Shown here: positions 52,191 through 64,000 of the stretch, in pieces | How positions within the stretch are numbered: position 1 is the stretch's first letter | Layout of the letters: every line of letters begins with the position of its first letter | DNA from: Octopus vulgaris | Lineage: Eukaryota | Assembly: GCA_951406725.2 (NCBI GenBank) | Contig: OX597817.1 | Location: 88,412,001 to 88,476,000 of the forward strand | Length of the DNA stretch: 64,000 bases | Reading direction: 5' to 3' | Program-made: the position numbers and the translations under genes | The notes under the pieces: model-generated | Told to the model about the DNA's origin: nothing | The model's database searches: none | What the model saw: the letters and a program-made list of their open reading frames with translations, nothing else

Positions 52191-54033
52191 GCAATTGAAG
52201 AATTAGACTTTTCTGTTATATTTTCTGTAATGAACTGGAATATCTATGTTTCGAATTTCATCAAAATTGCTGGTAAAGGTTATTTCCCTCTTTACACACC
52301 CTAAAAAATTGTAATTGTGCCACATGTATCCCATACTACTGATTTTTATGCACATATTCCAAATTTCCAGTCTTATTGAACCTGTTAAAAAGATTTTGCT
52401 CCTGAAAAATGGAGGTCATGGAGCTCTAAAATGTGAGAGTTAAGGACCCTGTTGGGGGTGGGCATCTTAATGTCAACCAGAGAAGTTGAATTGTTGAGAA
52501 TCTTTTTAACTTGGGTCTTATATCTATTGTTTGAATTTCTTTGAAATAGGAAATATATGTTCATTGGGTTTGTAAAAGAGAGCAAAGCTACAGGAAACCA
52601 AAAGATGAATGATCACAATAAGTAGTCAGTTACCCTACCCTAGTCGTTACCACTCCCAATGTAGGATTCCTCACCATCCAGCTGACAGGCACAGCCATAA
52701 GAGGCATTACAAATCTATAGCAATTGGAAGGGCATGACCCAATTGAAATAAACATTAACAACTGTGTGACGTGAGGGCTAAGGAGAAAGGAAAGTGTCAC
52801 CTCTGGAGTTTGCAAATGACCACTATACTGATATGTAACTGGACAGAATAAATTTACAATCTATAAATGTTTTTGAATAACCAGTCACTCATCTGGGAAG
52901 GCCTTGAAATCAATGTTACCATCTGGGAACTATGTGTGACCCAGTGATAATTAAAAGACTGAAAGGAGGTCTGCGATCAAATAACTTTACTCAACACTTT
53001 GCAACTGAATCAGTGGCGGCAAAGATGCCTCTCATTTACTTGACAATTTATGCACCACATTGCAGAAATCACAATGTAAATGTATGTCAAAGCAAACTGT
53101 TACACTGTTGTACCAATGAATTACAAATAATGCTCATCTTTTATGTTCAGGTAACCCTACAGCTTCCAAGAGCACAACTGTATTCATTTTTGCTTGGATA
53201 AAATGACAAAATTGTGGGTGTTAAGTTCCCATGGAGGAGGTCTTTGTAACTTGTAAGAAGATGAAATTTTATAAATATAGGCCTGGTACTTATTCTATTA
53301 GTTTGTTCTTGTGAAACCAGTAAGTTATGGGGATGTAAATAAAACACTTACATATATACATACATATATATACAAATGATTTGTTTCAGTTCCTGTCTAC
53401 AAAATCCATATATATATATATATGTATACACACACACAAAGATAAATTGATAGATACAACTGAGTGAGCAAACAAAAATATGAGACACTGCCAAGTGTTT
53501 TTTTTATTTTGATAAGCCTGGTACTTATTCTATCAGTTTCTTCTTGTGAAACCTGTAAGTTATGGGGATGTAAATAAACAAACACCAGTTGTGAAGCAGT
53601 GGTGAGGGAGAAACACAAAGACACACACATATAGATACATATACATACATTTGATTTCTTTCAGTTTCTGTCTACAAAATCCACTGGCAAGGCTTTGGTT
53701 GGTTTAAGGCTATAGCAGAAGACTCATGCCAATTTACCACACAGTGGGACTGAACTGAGGACCATGCGTTTTGGAACCAAGTTTGTTACCACACAGCCAC
53801 ACCTGCACCTATGTATGTGTGTGTGGGGGCTGGCTGTGTATGGGTGTATATATGTATGCATGTATATATGTGTATATATAAATGTACACATTACATGTAC
53901 ATCTATATATATACATCTACACATACATGTATACATATACATCTATATCTATAGAAATACATCTATACATACACATGTATACATATACATGTATGCATAT
54001 ACAGTTATACATATACATGTATACATATACATC

Positions 54034-54081
<48 letters not shown>

Positions 54082-54087
54082 TATAAA

Positions 54088-54943
54088 TTAATAGTTATCG
54101 CCATACTAATATGGCAGTCTACAAATATAAGACTAAAGCTGTCACTGATTAGCTCCAAGAGGCCATCGCCTCTAGCTAGCTATATGACACATGAACCTGC
54201 ATCCATTACAACCTTCGAACAGGGGAGGTCAGCCGCTTCACCTTGCTAGTCAGACATCTGCAGACATGTTTCAGGGTTGTTGCCCTTTATCAATGCAGCG
54301 TAGTCAGACCCGCAGGTGTTGCTACTGACCGTCTGTTTGAAGATTTCATTTACCTAGTTACAGTGGAATACATCCACTTGTTTTCAATAATAGAAATATT
54401 AAAATTACCAAGTCTCTCTAAAGGAGATTACGGCAGCGTTACTGGATATTAATAGTTATCGCCATACTAATATGGCAGTCTATAAATATAAGACTAAAGC
54501 TGTCACTGATTAGCTCCAAGAGGCCATCGCCTCTAGCTAGCTATATGACACATGAGCCTGTGTCCATTACAACCTTCGGACAGGGGAGGTCAGCTGCTTC
54601 ACCTTGCTAGTCAGACATCTGCAGACATGTTTCAGTGTTTCTCCCTCACCACTGCTTCACAGCTGGTGTTCGTTTATTGATAAAGGGCAACAACCCTGAA
54701 ACATGTCTGCAGATGTCTGACTAGCAAGGTGAAGTGGCTGACCTCCCCTGTTCGAAGGTTGTAATGGACGCAGGTTCATGCGTCATATAGCTAGCTAGAG
54801 GCAATGGCCTCTTGGAGCTAATCAGCGACAGCTTTAGTCTTATATTTATAGACTGCCATATTAGTATGGCGATAACTATTAATATCCAGTAACGCTGCTG
54901 TAATCTCCTTTAGAGAGACTTAGTAATTTTAATATTTCTATTA
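54088..54943. mobile_element. Penelope-type pseudo-LTR array: 361-bp unit, truncated tandem copy, and inverted copy
   Basis: ttaatagttatcgccatactaatatggcagtcta at 54088 and 54449; reverse-complement copy at 54677-54943; contains hammerhead motifs. Confidence 0.78.
54258..54298 (-). ncRNA. Minimal type I hammerhead ribozyme, U3:A8 core variant
   Basis: ctgca-TTGATAA-AGGG-caacaa-CCCT-GAAA-C-at-G-TC-tgcag; perfect stems I and II, palindromic ACATGT stem III and a GUC cleavage triplet. Confidence 0.72.
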
Positions 54944-55781
54944 TATATATATATATATACATGTATATATATGGATGTATATAAACTTTCTACATTGTCA
55001 GAAGCCTTCTATTTTCTCTCTTTTTCCCTTCTGCATATGTACACACGCACGTACGCACGCGCACACACGTATGCATGCACACGCACACACACACAAATAT
55101 ACACCTGCATATACACACATGTGCACACTCATACACCATGGACTTCTATCAGTTTTCGTGTGCCAAATCAGTTCAGAAGGCTTTGATTGGTCATAGCCTA
55201 CAATAGAAGATATTTGCTCAAGGTATCATGCAGTGGGACTGAACCCTAGACTATGTTGTTGGAAAGCAAGCCTCTTAAACACTCAACCACACCTATGTAA
55301 TTAAAAATATATAGATATTTTGATTTAAATATGAATAGGTAAATGTGTTTATTTGTATTTTACCTGTTACTCAGATGGATTGAAAAAGTAGAATCTTAAA
55401 ATGTAATTTTGCACACATATACTATCAATCCATTATGTACTATATTCAGGACTGGCACTAGGTGGTGCTTGGCTCAATTAGAAAATTATCAGTGGGGCCA
55501 TTTCCTCTACAAAAGCTGAAGATTGATGTTTTATGCTTCATGTAGTTTGCCAGTCCCAGCCAAAAAGTGTTAAGAGCTTGAGGCTCCACCATTAGCCACA
55601 ATAATTCACTAAAAAATCATCATAGTATCCTCTGCTTGAGCATGTGTACAGGGTCCTCTCTTGGTGCGGGGCCCAATTTGAACAAATCTGTCCAATTGGC
55701 TTAAAACAAACCCCGGATATATTTCCATTATGAAAAAAAAAAAAAAAAAAAAAAAACTCACATCTAAGAATTTTTTTTCAG

Positions 55782-55980
55782 TTGTCTTGGCCAAGAACTA
55801 ATACAGAAAAGTTATTAGTTGAGATGTTTGATAGTGAATCAGCACAATTCTTAGCTATCGTGGAAAGTCTGAGTGACAGTCACATACGTCTCATAACACC
55901 AGGTGGTGTTTTCCAAGGAGAGATGGAGTTAAACGATGTAAGTTTAGAACTGTTTGCTGCTGCCAAAGAAATAGTCTCAG
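55782..55980 (+). CDS. CFAP54: CFAP54 coding exon 8
   Basis: 199 nt. LSWPRTNTEKLLVEMFDSESAQFLAIVESLSDS resembles recalled LSWPRTVTERLLDEMFDSTASQFLAVLEALSDS. Confidence 0.95.
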
Positions 55981-57247
55981 GTTAGTGAAATCCAAGTTTT
56001 GTAATTCTTTGGTTTTAATGTATGAGTGTAATGTATGAGAGTATAGCACTTGAGTCACTCTTTCCTAAATAAAATGATTAAAGAAAAAAATACAAAATAG
56101 TTTGTTACCTAGTTTTTTTTTTCTTTCACTGCTTTCACAGATTCTTATGACTCTGTCACCATCCAATTCCATTATTATGAATTTGAATTGGGAGCCTGAA
56201 TCATAGTGAATCTTTCATTAACTGATTACACAACCATGGATACACCCCTATGGATGTGTTGCAGTTACTCTCTTGATAGAACTTGGGGATCTGGACTGTT
56301 GATCTTCTAGGATTCCTCCACTCAACATCAATGCAAGAAGCACTGTTAGCTCAGTTGAGCTCTTCACAATCTGCCATCCTTTAGCCTCATGACTTTGCAG
56401 TATCCCTGGCAGGATGGCTGAGTGGGTACTCTGCCTTGTTAAAGGGCAGCCCATAACTATGCAGAGCAGTCATCACTCTGTGAGGTATTTTCAAGATACC
56501 AGCATACTCGTGATACCAAGTTAATTCTATGCAAATATGTGATTTACTTACAATATCTACATTCAGCCCAGTTGTAGCTTGAAGATTTTTGTTGGTGTTA
56601 TGACAAAGAAGTAATAAAGTTTGAGTATAAACAGATTGTTTTTATCCAGATGTTTTAGTGGCTAAAATCCTGTTTTTAAGTCATATTCAAATCATATGTT
56701 ATAGTGTCGAATAAGTAGAAGGTTGTTGGGAAAGCTGAGACAAAACTGATTTGAAAGGAAGTTTCATCAAATGAAATTAATATATAGCATCAAAAAAAAA
56801 AGAAAGAAAGAAATATTATTATTAAGGTCTTGAGGTCAGTGGATTAATAAATTGGTATGGCGTCAGGCAAAATGCTTTGCAGTGTTCAGTTGTGTACTTT
56901 TACTTTGCTGGTCTTTCTTCTTTCATGGTATTGGAACTCAGAAACATGATTTAATACTGCAAGATATTTAGTCCTGTATATTTACAATTTTTGTTACCCC
57001 ATTCCTCTCAAGGAAACATATTTGTTTTGGATTGACATATGCTATGAATGAATAATATTAAAACTGGGTTAAATAAAAGAAAATATGCCAAGTAAGGATA
57101 AGACTTGGTGTAGAGCCATGTCCTCTCCATCTTGAAAGAATAATGTAAATATCTCTAACGACAAAGAAAGCATTCTCTTTTAAGTAATCAATTAAAATTA
57201 ATGGTGCAGTATGCTTATTTCTAATTGATATTCTTTTGCCTTTTTAG

Positions 57248-57349
57248 GAAATATAACAGCTAACCGCTCAAGAAAAGATTCTTATACCAATATTTTCACT
57301 AACGTTGTCCACCTTGAAGATAATTCTCTTTTAGAATTAGCAATACTTG
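57248..57349 (+). CDS. CFAP54: CFAP54 coding exon 9
   Basis: tttttag / gtattc, 102 nt, phase 1 to 1, open: (G)NITANRSRKDSYTNIFTNVVHLEDNSLLELAIL. Confidence 0.75.
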
Positions 57350-57751
57350 GTATTCATATGTCTTTTTATTTAATTTCTCCAAAATGTTACTTTAATATCC
57401 TATAAATATATCTCACTCTCATGTAATTCATTTTGATTGCTTCTGTTTTTGTCCAAAATTATTTATTCAATGAATGAATAATCCTTTTTACTAATGGCAC
57501 AAGGCCCAAAAACCAATATGTGTACTCAAATACACAATTATTATCATCATTTTATTTTTTTGTATTGAACTCTACATTTGTTAACTGACCTATTCACATC
57601 AACAATAACCAAGAATCTCACATAAGGATAATTCTATCATGTTCAGTGCTGGTTTTTACTCTATATTTCTACCATCCTTTTCCTATGTTATAATTGTTAA
57701 ATTTATTTATATTTATGTTCATTTTAGTTTTTTGTTTTATGTTCTTTGTAG

Positions 57752-57852
57752 GAGAAAACAAAATACCTATGAAAGCAGTATTTCATCTTACTGTCCTGGC
57801 ATTCTGTTATGAGCAATGGGAATTTTTTATTAACTTCGCAGAATTTTTGCAG
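57752..57852 (+). CDS. CFAP54: CFAP54 coding exon 10
   Basis: ttgtag / gtatta, 101 nt. (G)ENKIPMKAVFHLTVLAFCYEQWEFFINFAEFLQ resembles recalled KLAFTYEEWSLF. Confidence 0.85.
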
Positions 57853-59159
57853 GTATTATCTGTTCATTGTTTTAGTGTTAATTTTTGATGAAACTTATAA
57901 ATAAATTGTTTGATGTTGAAATAAATTTATTCTGAAGTAGAGTTCAGTTTGAAAAAATATCATTAATTATTTAAATATATTGATTATTATTTTAAACTCC
58001 AAAATCTTGGAAAATGTTAGGCATGACTTTACATATCAGTTTTAGCTTTTTAAAAGAAAAAGTATATTCAATATAATTCTAATGTCAGTTCTTTACAGAA
58101 AAAAAAAATTTATTCTTACATTTTGTTATAATTTCACTTAATAAGCAGCTTGTTAAATGATAAAGTATTTCTTTTATTCTTTAGTTTTTAGCATATGTTT
58201 CAAAATAGAAAAAATCTAACATTATTGACAAAACACAAACATGATCTAGACATGAATAGTGTTTACACATTTAAAACAGAGCTGCTACACACCATCCATG
58301 CTCCTCACAAATTCCATTTAGATCCCCAAAGTATTCAACATGATAAACCAGTCTATTCTTTTCAAATAACAGCTTGTCATGAAATAATATTTTACTCTTT
58401 CGGTCTATAATCTCTTGTTAAATCAACATTTGTTATACAGCTAAGCTTGTTCCAGTGGTTCCCTGTATTATGTGACACTGCATTTACTAAGCATTTAGTT
58501 TCATTATTCTCCCTTAGAACTGCATCAGTCTGAAATTTCATTTCCCACCTATTATTTTTTCTTTTAGCTATTAACTTAGAATAACTTCAAACTGAATGTC
58601 AACATCTGATTAATTAAACCTAAGTTATCTCTGCCCTTGTAGTATTTGGTTACATCTCCCTACTTTCTGAGTTCAAATTCAATAAATATCAACATTACTT
58701 TTTTGCCTTTGAGATTCATACAATAAGTACCATTCAAGTATAATTTAAATTAACTGAGTCCTTTCTTTCAAAATATGTGACTTTGAGCCTGCATAAAAAA
58801 ATTATTATTGTTAGAACAAGGGGTATGACATCAATAATTTCAGTCCATCAGTTTTGCTGAATGCAAAGTTTAAAATTTTGGCTAAGTCCTTTGAAAATAC
58901 GAAGTGTCATTAGACATGCAAAGATCTGTGTAGTTCCCAGTAGATCTATCTTTAATAATCATTACCTCATGCAATACATCACAGGGTAAGTAACAAATCT
59001 GGTTTTGGGCAGGTCTGATCAGTTTATATCAATGAAAAATGCACAAGTCAACCTCACTAGCTAATGGCTCTCTTTAATACAGACAGTCTCAGTCTAAGTT
59101 TCAGAGTCTGGATTATTGTCATGTACAGCAATATCTACTTGATGGTTAGAATAAATGAC

Positions 59160-59430
59160 CACATAGGCTCTTCTCTCTTCACTTCTGGACATTTTGACTC
59201 ATGCTACTACTGCAGAAAATGGAAATGTTGAAGGGCTTCCACTCAAGTTGGGATGTGGGAGAGATGTGTTGGCATTTGTGGGTATCATCATTATGATGTT
59301 GGACATCATGGAATCTGAGATAGTTTGCACTCTACTGAAAGAATATGAAGTGACAATAGGAACATGCCTTGACCAGGATAAGTTGAAAGGCTTACGGGAA
59401 CTCCATACTAGTCAAGATATGTTGCTGAGA
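59160..59430 (+). mobile_element. L1/Tx1-like RT fragment
   Basis: Similar to 63670-63890 (ctactgcagaaa.tggaa...gaatatga). Confidence 0.5.
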
Positions 59431-59708
59431 AAATCCTACTATTTAAAATGATGCTATTATTTAAGCAGTATACATAAGCAGTTGACTCATTTGCAAAAAC
59501 AATACATCTCATTTTAGATTTAACTTGTTAATGTTGATAATTTTTTTCAAGTTTTATAGAAATATTTTCAATTAAATTTTTTAGCAAATTTGCTGTAATT
59601 TCTGCTTCTATTTATTTTGTTTACATTCATTCTTTCTTGTAAAACCATTGTTGTGCTAGGTATATTTTATAATTTTTTGTGTGTATAAAAATTTCTTTTT
59701 CTCTACAG

Positions 59709-59889
59709 AAAATTAAAGATGAAAGATATGCTTGGGATGTTAAAATCATACAGCTTCTTATTGTAATGGAGAAATTGGTACATGGGCGAAAAGTTCGAAA
59801 AGCACAAGCATCTGCTTCGTCTCCTGAGGCTGATAATGAGGATGATTATGAGGCTGATATCTCTGACCCTCTTCAGCCCACACCGTCAG
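59709..59889 (+). CDS. CFAP54: CFAP54 coding exon 11
   Basis: ctctacag / gttatt, 181 nt. KIKDERYAWDVKIIQLLIVMEKLVHGRK resembles recalled DLTLLIAMEPL; phases fit both neighbours. Confidence 0.82.
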
Positions 59890-61626
59890 GTTATTTAAAA
59901 TTTCATCTATCTTAAGACAACTAAATACACTATCTGCATCTATTTTTTTTTATTCAACTTTTTCATTGTAAATAGAAAACTAATTTGTTAATTTCTGCCT
60001 ACCAAGTCCACCCACAAGGCTTTGGTCAGTCCAGGGCTACAATAAAAGACACTTGCCCAAGGTGCCACACAGTGGGACTGAACTCAGGACCACATGGTTG
60101 AGAAACAAGCTTCTCAACCACACAGCCATTCCTATTCATATTTTTTTGTGGTGGGAAATTAGTATTTACCAGTTTGAGAACCTAACTTTATAATCAATTT
60201 ATTAAAAACCAATGTTTCAATTTGTTTTTGATTACACTGCATAACAAAATTAAAATTTTCTTCGTCTAGATATCAAAGAAAATTTTGCTTTTGTGACCTG
60301 GACATCAATGTTTTGAAACTGATCTATTTTCCATTCCACTTCAGAGAGATTCAGTGCTGAGTTACTGAAGCAGAAATATTGTTATTGCAAATATTCTGCT
60401 CAGTACCAAACATTTGCTTGTCAGTTGCTTGACCTTAACCACTTGAGCATGTCCCTTAGAGGTTCACAATATGTGCATCTCTGATGATGAACAGGAGTAG
60501 TGGGAGAGCATCACAGCCATGTGTTGAGAGGGATTCTTTGGAAAATGAATAAATGTAACAAAAGTTTGAAAAAAATATTAGCCATTTTGCACTATTTAGG
60601 GGTAAACAAATAGGAAATAACAGTTGTTACCCTAGGACAAAGATCGTGTTATACAGTGTTATTCAATCTAAAATACAGCCAATATATTTTGTTCTTATTT
60701 ATCTTTTTAGAAAAGGAAATGAGGTAACCTTAAGCTGTTCATTCTCATCGGGAAGTAAAAGATGGTACGGTTTATTAAGATGGGGAAAGTTGATATTAAA
60801 TTTTGAAATTTCAAAATGTGCTTAATAATAAGAATGTATGATCATTTAGTATTTAGGTGTGGCTGTGTAGTAAGAAGATTGCTTCCCAAACACATGATTC
60901 CAGGTTCAGTTCCACTGCATGATACCTTGGGCAAGTGTCCTCTACTATTATCTCAGGCCAATCAAAGCCCTGTGAGTGGATTTGGTAGATGGAAACTGAA
61001 ACAAGCCCATCATATATGTGTGTGTGTTTGTCCCCCACTACCTCCTGACAACCAGTATTGATGTCTTTACATCTCTGTGATTGAGCAGTTCAGCAAAAAG
61101 AGACCAATAGAATAAGTACTTGGCTTTAAAAAAAATAAGTACTGGGGTCGATTCATTTGACTAAAAAATTCTTCTTATGCCCCAGCATAGTCACAATCTA
61201 ATGACTGAAACAAGTAAAAGTAAAAAGATAAAACAAGGATTTAAACAAAAAACAACCATTTTATGGATGTTTTTTTTTTGTCTGCCTAAGAATATAGCAA
61301 TTATAGCAATTGTGTTAATGAAAATTTAGTTTCTTTAAGCTTCCTAATCTGAGTTATTGTTTTTTGAGTTCTATGTTGTTAAAAATATGAAACAAATACA
61401 TTAATAATTAAAATTTCTTCTGTAAATATGATTTGTAATAGCATATCTTTATATTTTAATTTGTAACTTCTAAATTCATTAACTGGACTTGATCCCAAAT
61501 TTGGATATTTCAGAATTTAATATGATACTCAGTTTAATATTCATAAACTATCATAGAACTTTTAACAAACTTATGTATGTAAATAGATAAGCTATAAAAG
61601 TTCATATAATCATTGTATATTTCCAG

Positions 61627-61703
61627 GATATAGTGCACTTGGTGCTGACGACTTACTCACCTTGACTCAAGTTCTGAAGTCTCTTTTAACAAACAATTTT
61701 TGT
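61627..61703 (+). CDS. CFAP54: CFAP54 coding exon 12 (gene continues beyond the window)
   Basis: tttccag / gtaagt, 77 nt, phase 1 to 0, open: (G)YSALGADDLLTLTQVLKSLLTNNFC. Confidence 0.7.
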
Positions 61704-62299
61704 GTAAGTTGTTGTTGTTGTTATTGTCCTAGTGACTTATTGTAATCTGCATGTAAGTCTTTTCATTCTTTTGTTTATAGATTTAAGGAAAACACTTTGT
61801 TGATATTATTGCAACATTTTGTTAATCCAATCAACTTTCTAGAGATGTGGCTGGTTACCTGATATTTTTGGCCCTTCAGATGTATGATGCTGTTTTTTAA
61901 AACTGACATATTTTTTAAAAAAAAACAACATACAAATGTGATGTTCAACAAGGAGGATGTTGATGGTTATTGGAATAGCAGCTATGGACAGGATTTCTCA
62001 TACTTTCTTCTTCTTTGAGAAAAATCAAGAAGCATAAGAAAACAGTCATAGGAGTAACACAATCTCACTACCACTACTTTGACTAACTCTGTTGTAATTA
62101 GTAACTGCAACAACTGTAACAAACAAAGTAGAGAACCAAACATTGAGAAAATACCATCATCAATACTAATATCATTAGCACCAGCACCATGACTTGTAAA
62201 CTAATTGTTAATGATTTCTTAAACACAGCACCTAATAACTTTATTACCATTATATCTGAATGATGTAAAGAAGTTGCTAAGTAATATTAGATTAAATTC

Positions 62300-64000
62300 C
62301 GGAGGAGACCTGTAAGAGCAGTATTCTACAGTTATGTAGAAACTTGTCTGAAACCAATCTGAGGCATCATAACCTACATTGTTCATGGGAAAGGGTTTGG
62401 CATAGTTCAGATGAAATGTTTGACCTTAGTGGTGCCAAGAACCACTTAATAACATTCCTAAAGAGTGATGATCCATTCCTCAAATTGACCTAGCTTGGCC
62501 TGAGATTGGTGAAAATAAAGTTGACAGTTGTCTTGCTAGAAACAGAAGAAAAGACACCCAAGTTAGAAATTCATCGGCTGCATGATGAAAACTGGTTGGG
62601 TACAGGGATGATCTGAGGATCCAAACAGATGAAGGAAGCATAGAAACTCCTCCTGACCTGATCAACATGCTGAGTGGATGTAACTGTTTTTAGTGGTTGG
62701 TAGCAGAAGGCTTAGTTGGCACTTGTGATTAGAAAAGGCATTGCAACTCATGTTCAAATGGTGATAATGGTTTCAATGTGAAACATAAAGTTGCATTTTG
62801 AGAATTAATGTTCATGCTTTAGGTCATGAAAGTACAAAAGCCATTTGATGGGCCCAGGTGGTAGAGTTGCAGCATGATAAGAAAGCCATAATTTAGTTTT
62901 TGACAGACTAATGTACAGTTTTCTAGTGTCACTTAGCTCAACTGTTTGGGGGTAAGAAATGGAATGTAGACAGATGTGGATTTAGTACCTACCTTGGCAG
63001 CCTGTCATGGTATATGGCAGAAAATACAGAGTGCTGTGAGAAGCTGGGATATGATAAACATCTGCATGAGGTGCAATCACTTGGTTTGGATGGCCTGGCC
63101 TACAAGCTATACACATACATGTCAGAGTTGTTCATTGACATCTTGACACACATCTACTGCAACTGATGGCAGAATGGGAGAATTCTCAGTTTTGTAAGTT
63201 TGAAAGTGGTGGTACTGCTGAAGAAGAATGCATGTAATAGGGGTGTAATTAATAATTTCCAGCCCATAACTCTGGTAAGTGCAGAGTTTAAGGTTTTTGG
63301 CTAAGATGCTAGCAAAGAGGTTGGCATTTGCCATTGAAAGTGTGGATGGGAAGACAGACATGCACATTTGCAACCAGATCTCTCCTCCAAAACTTCCACT
63401 TCAGGATACATTCTAGAGAAAGTAGGTAGTAAACCTGTTTTTGGTGGAACTCTCGTCAACTTAGATCAACTGAAAGGCTAGTAGAGTCAACCATAATTAC
63501 CTAATGGCTATCCGCAAAGTTACCTGTTTTGGTTTTGTCTTTAGAGGCTGGATCACTTCAGTGCACAGTGGAATTTGTACAGTGGTCAGAGCAATAAGCC
63601 ACTTTTTTTAATCATTTCAGATTATGCACTCAATTTGTCAAGGATGTCCTCTCTAATCTCTTCTCTATGTATTGATTCTTGATTCACTACTGCAGAAATT
63701 GGAATTGTTATGGGGATTTCCATTCAAACTGGGATATAAAAAAAGGCTGTATGCCAACAATGTCACAATGTCACCATAATAGTGTCTGCCACCATGAAAA
63801 CTGAGGTAGTTGGCACCATTCTAGAGGAATATGAGACTTGGGTAGGAGCAAAAATAACCCAGACAAGTTAATGGGTTTGTAGCTTGGTACATGCAAAAAC
63901 AAATCTAGGCTATCAGACAGCATCACTGAATTCTAGATAGAGGGTTCTGATAAGTTGCTTGGGGACTGGTTCAGTTCAGACCTTCAGGTAGATAGGAACA
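62300..64000 (+). mobile_element. Decayed L1/Tx1-like LINE ORF2
   Basis: SLGLDGLAYKLY, NFQPITLVSAEFK, KMLAKRL, LVNLDQLK and ICQGCPL remnants with frameshifts; left boundary approximate. Confidence 0.7.

Noticed and set aside
61781-61860. Acceptor-like tttatag as the next CFAP54 exon
   Set aside because: The required phase-0 frame hits TAA at the second codon.

Overview
AT-rich, intron-containing animal DNA, dense in microsatellites, SINEs, LINEs and DNA transposons. The repeat content points to an octopus or related coleoid cephalopod (inference). I rebuilt two divergently transcribed genes by hand from splice sites; the ORF track misses the first entirely and shows only fragments of the second. 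(1) Minus strand: a complete 3-coding-exon MSRB1 (SelR/SelX, methionine-R-sulfoxide reductase B1), 106 aa. It has an in-frame TGA at 4243-4245 at the catalytic selenocysteine position and a type II SECIS hairpin in the 3' UTR (about 2477-2577) whose apical triplet is AGA rather than AAA. (2) Plus strand: the first 12 coding exons (558 codons) of CFAP54, continuing past the window end, with a candidate RFX X-box upstream and a possible extra 33-nt micro-exon. A probable last exon of an unidentified gene lies at 500-790. Mobile DNA includes a young 3.8-kb hAT with TIRs, an 8-bp TSD and one nonsense codon, several non-autonomous Helitrons including an exact head-to-tail dimer, and Gypsy, RTE, CR1-like, Tx1-like and mariner relics. 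Several Penelope-type inverted-repeat elements carry minimal hammerhead ribozymes, one family with a compensatory U3:A8 core. Protein identities rest on recalled vertebrate sequences, not on a database search.
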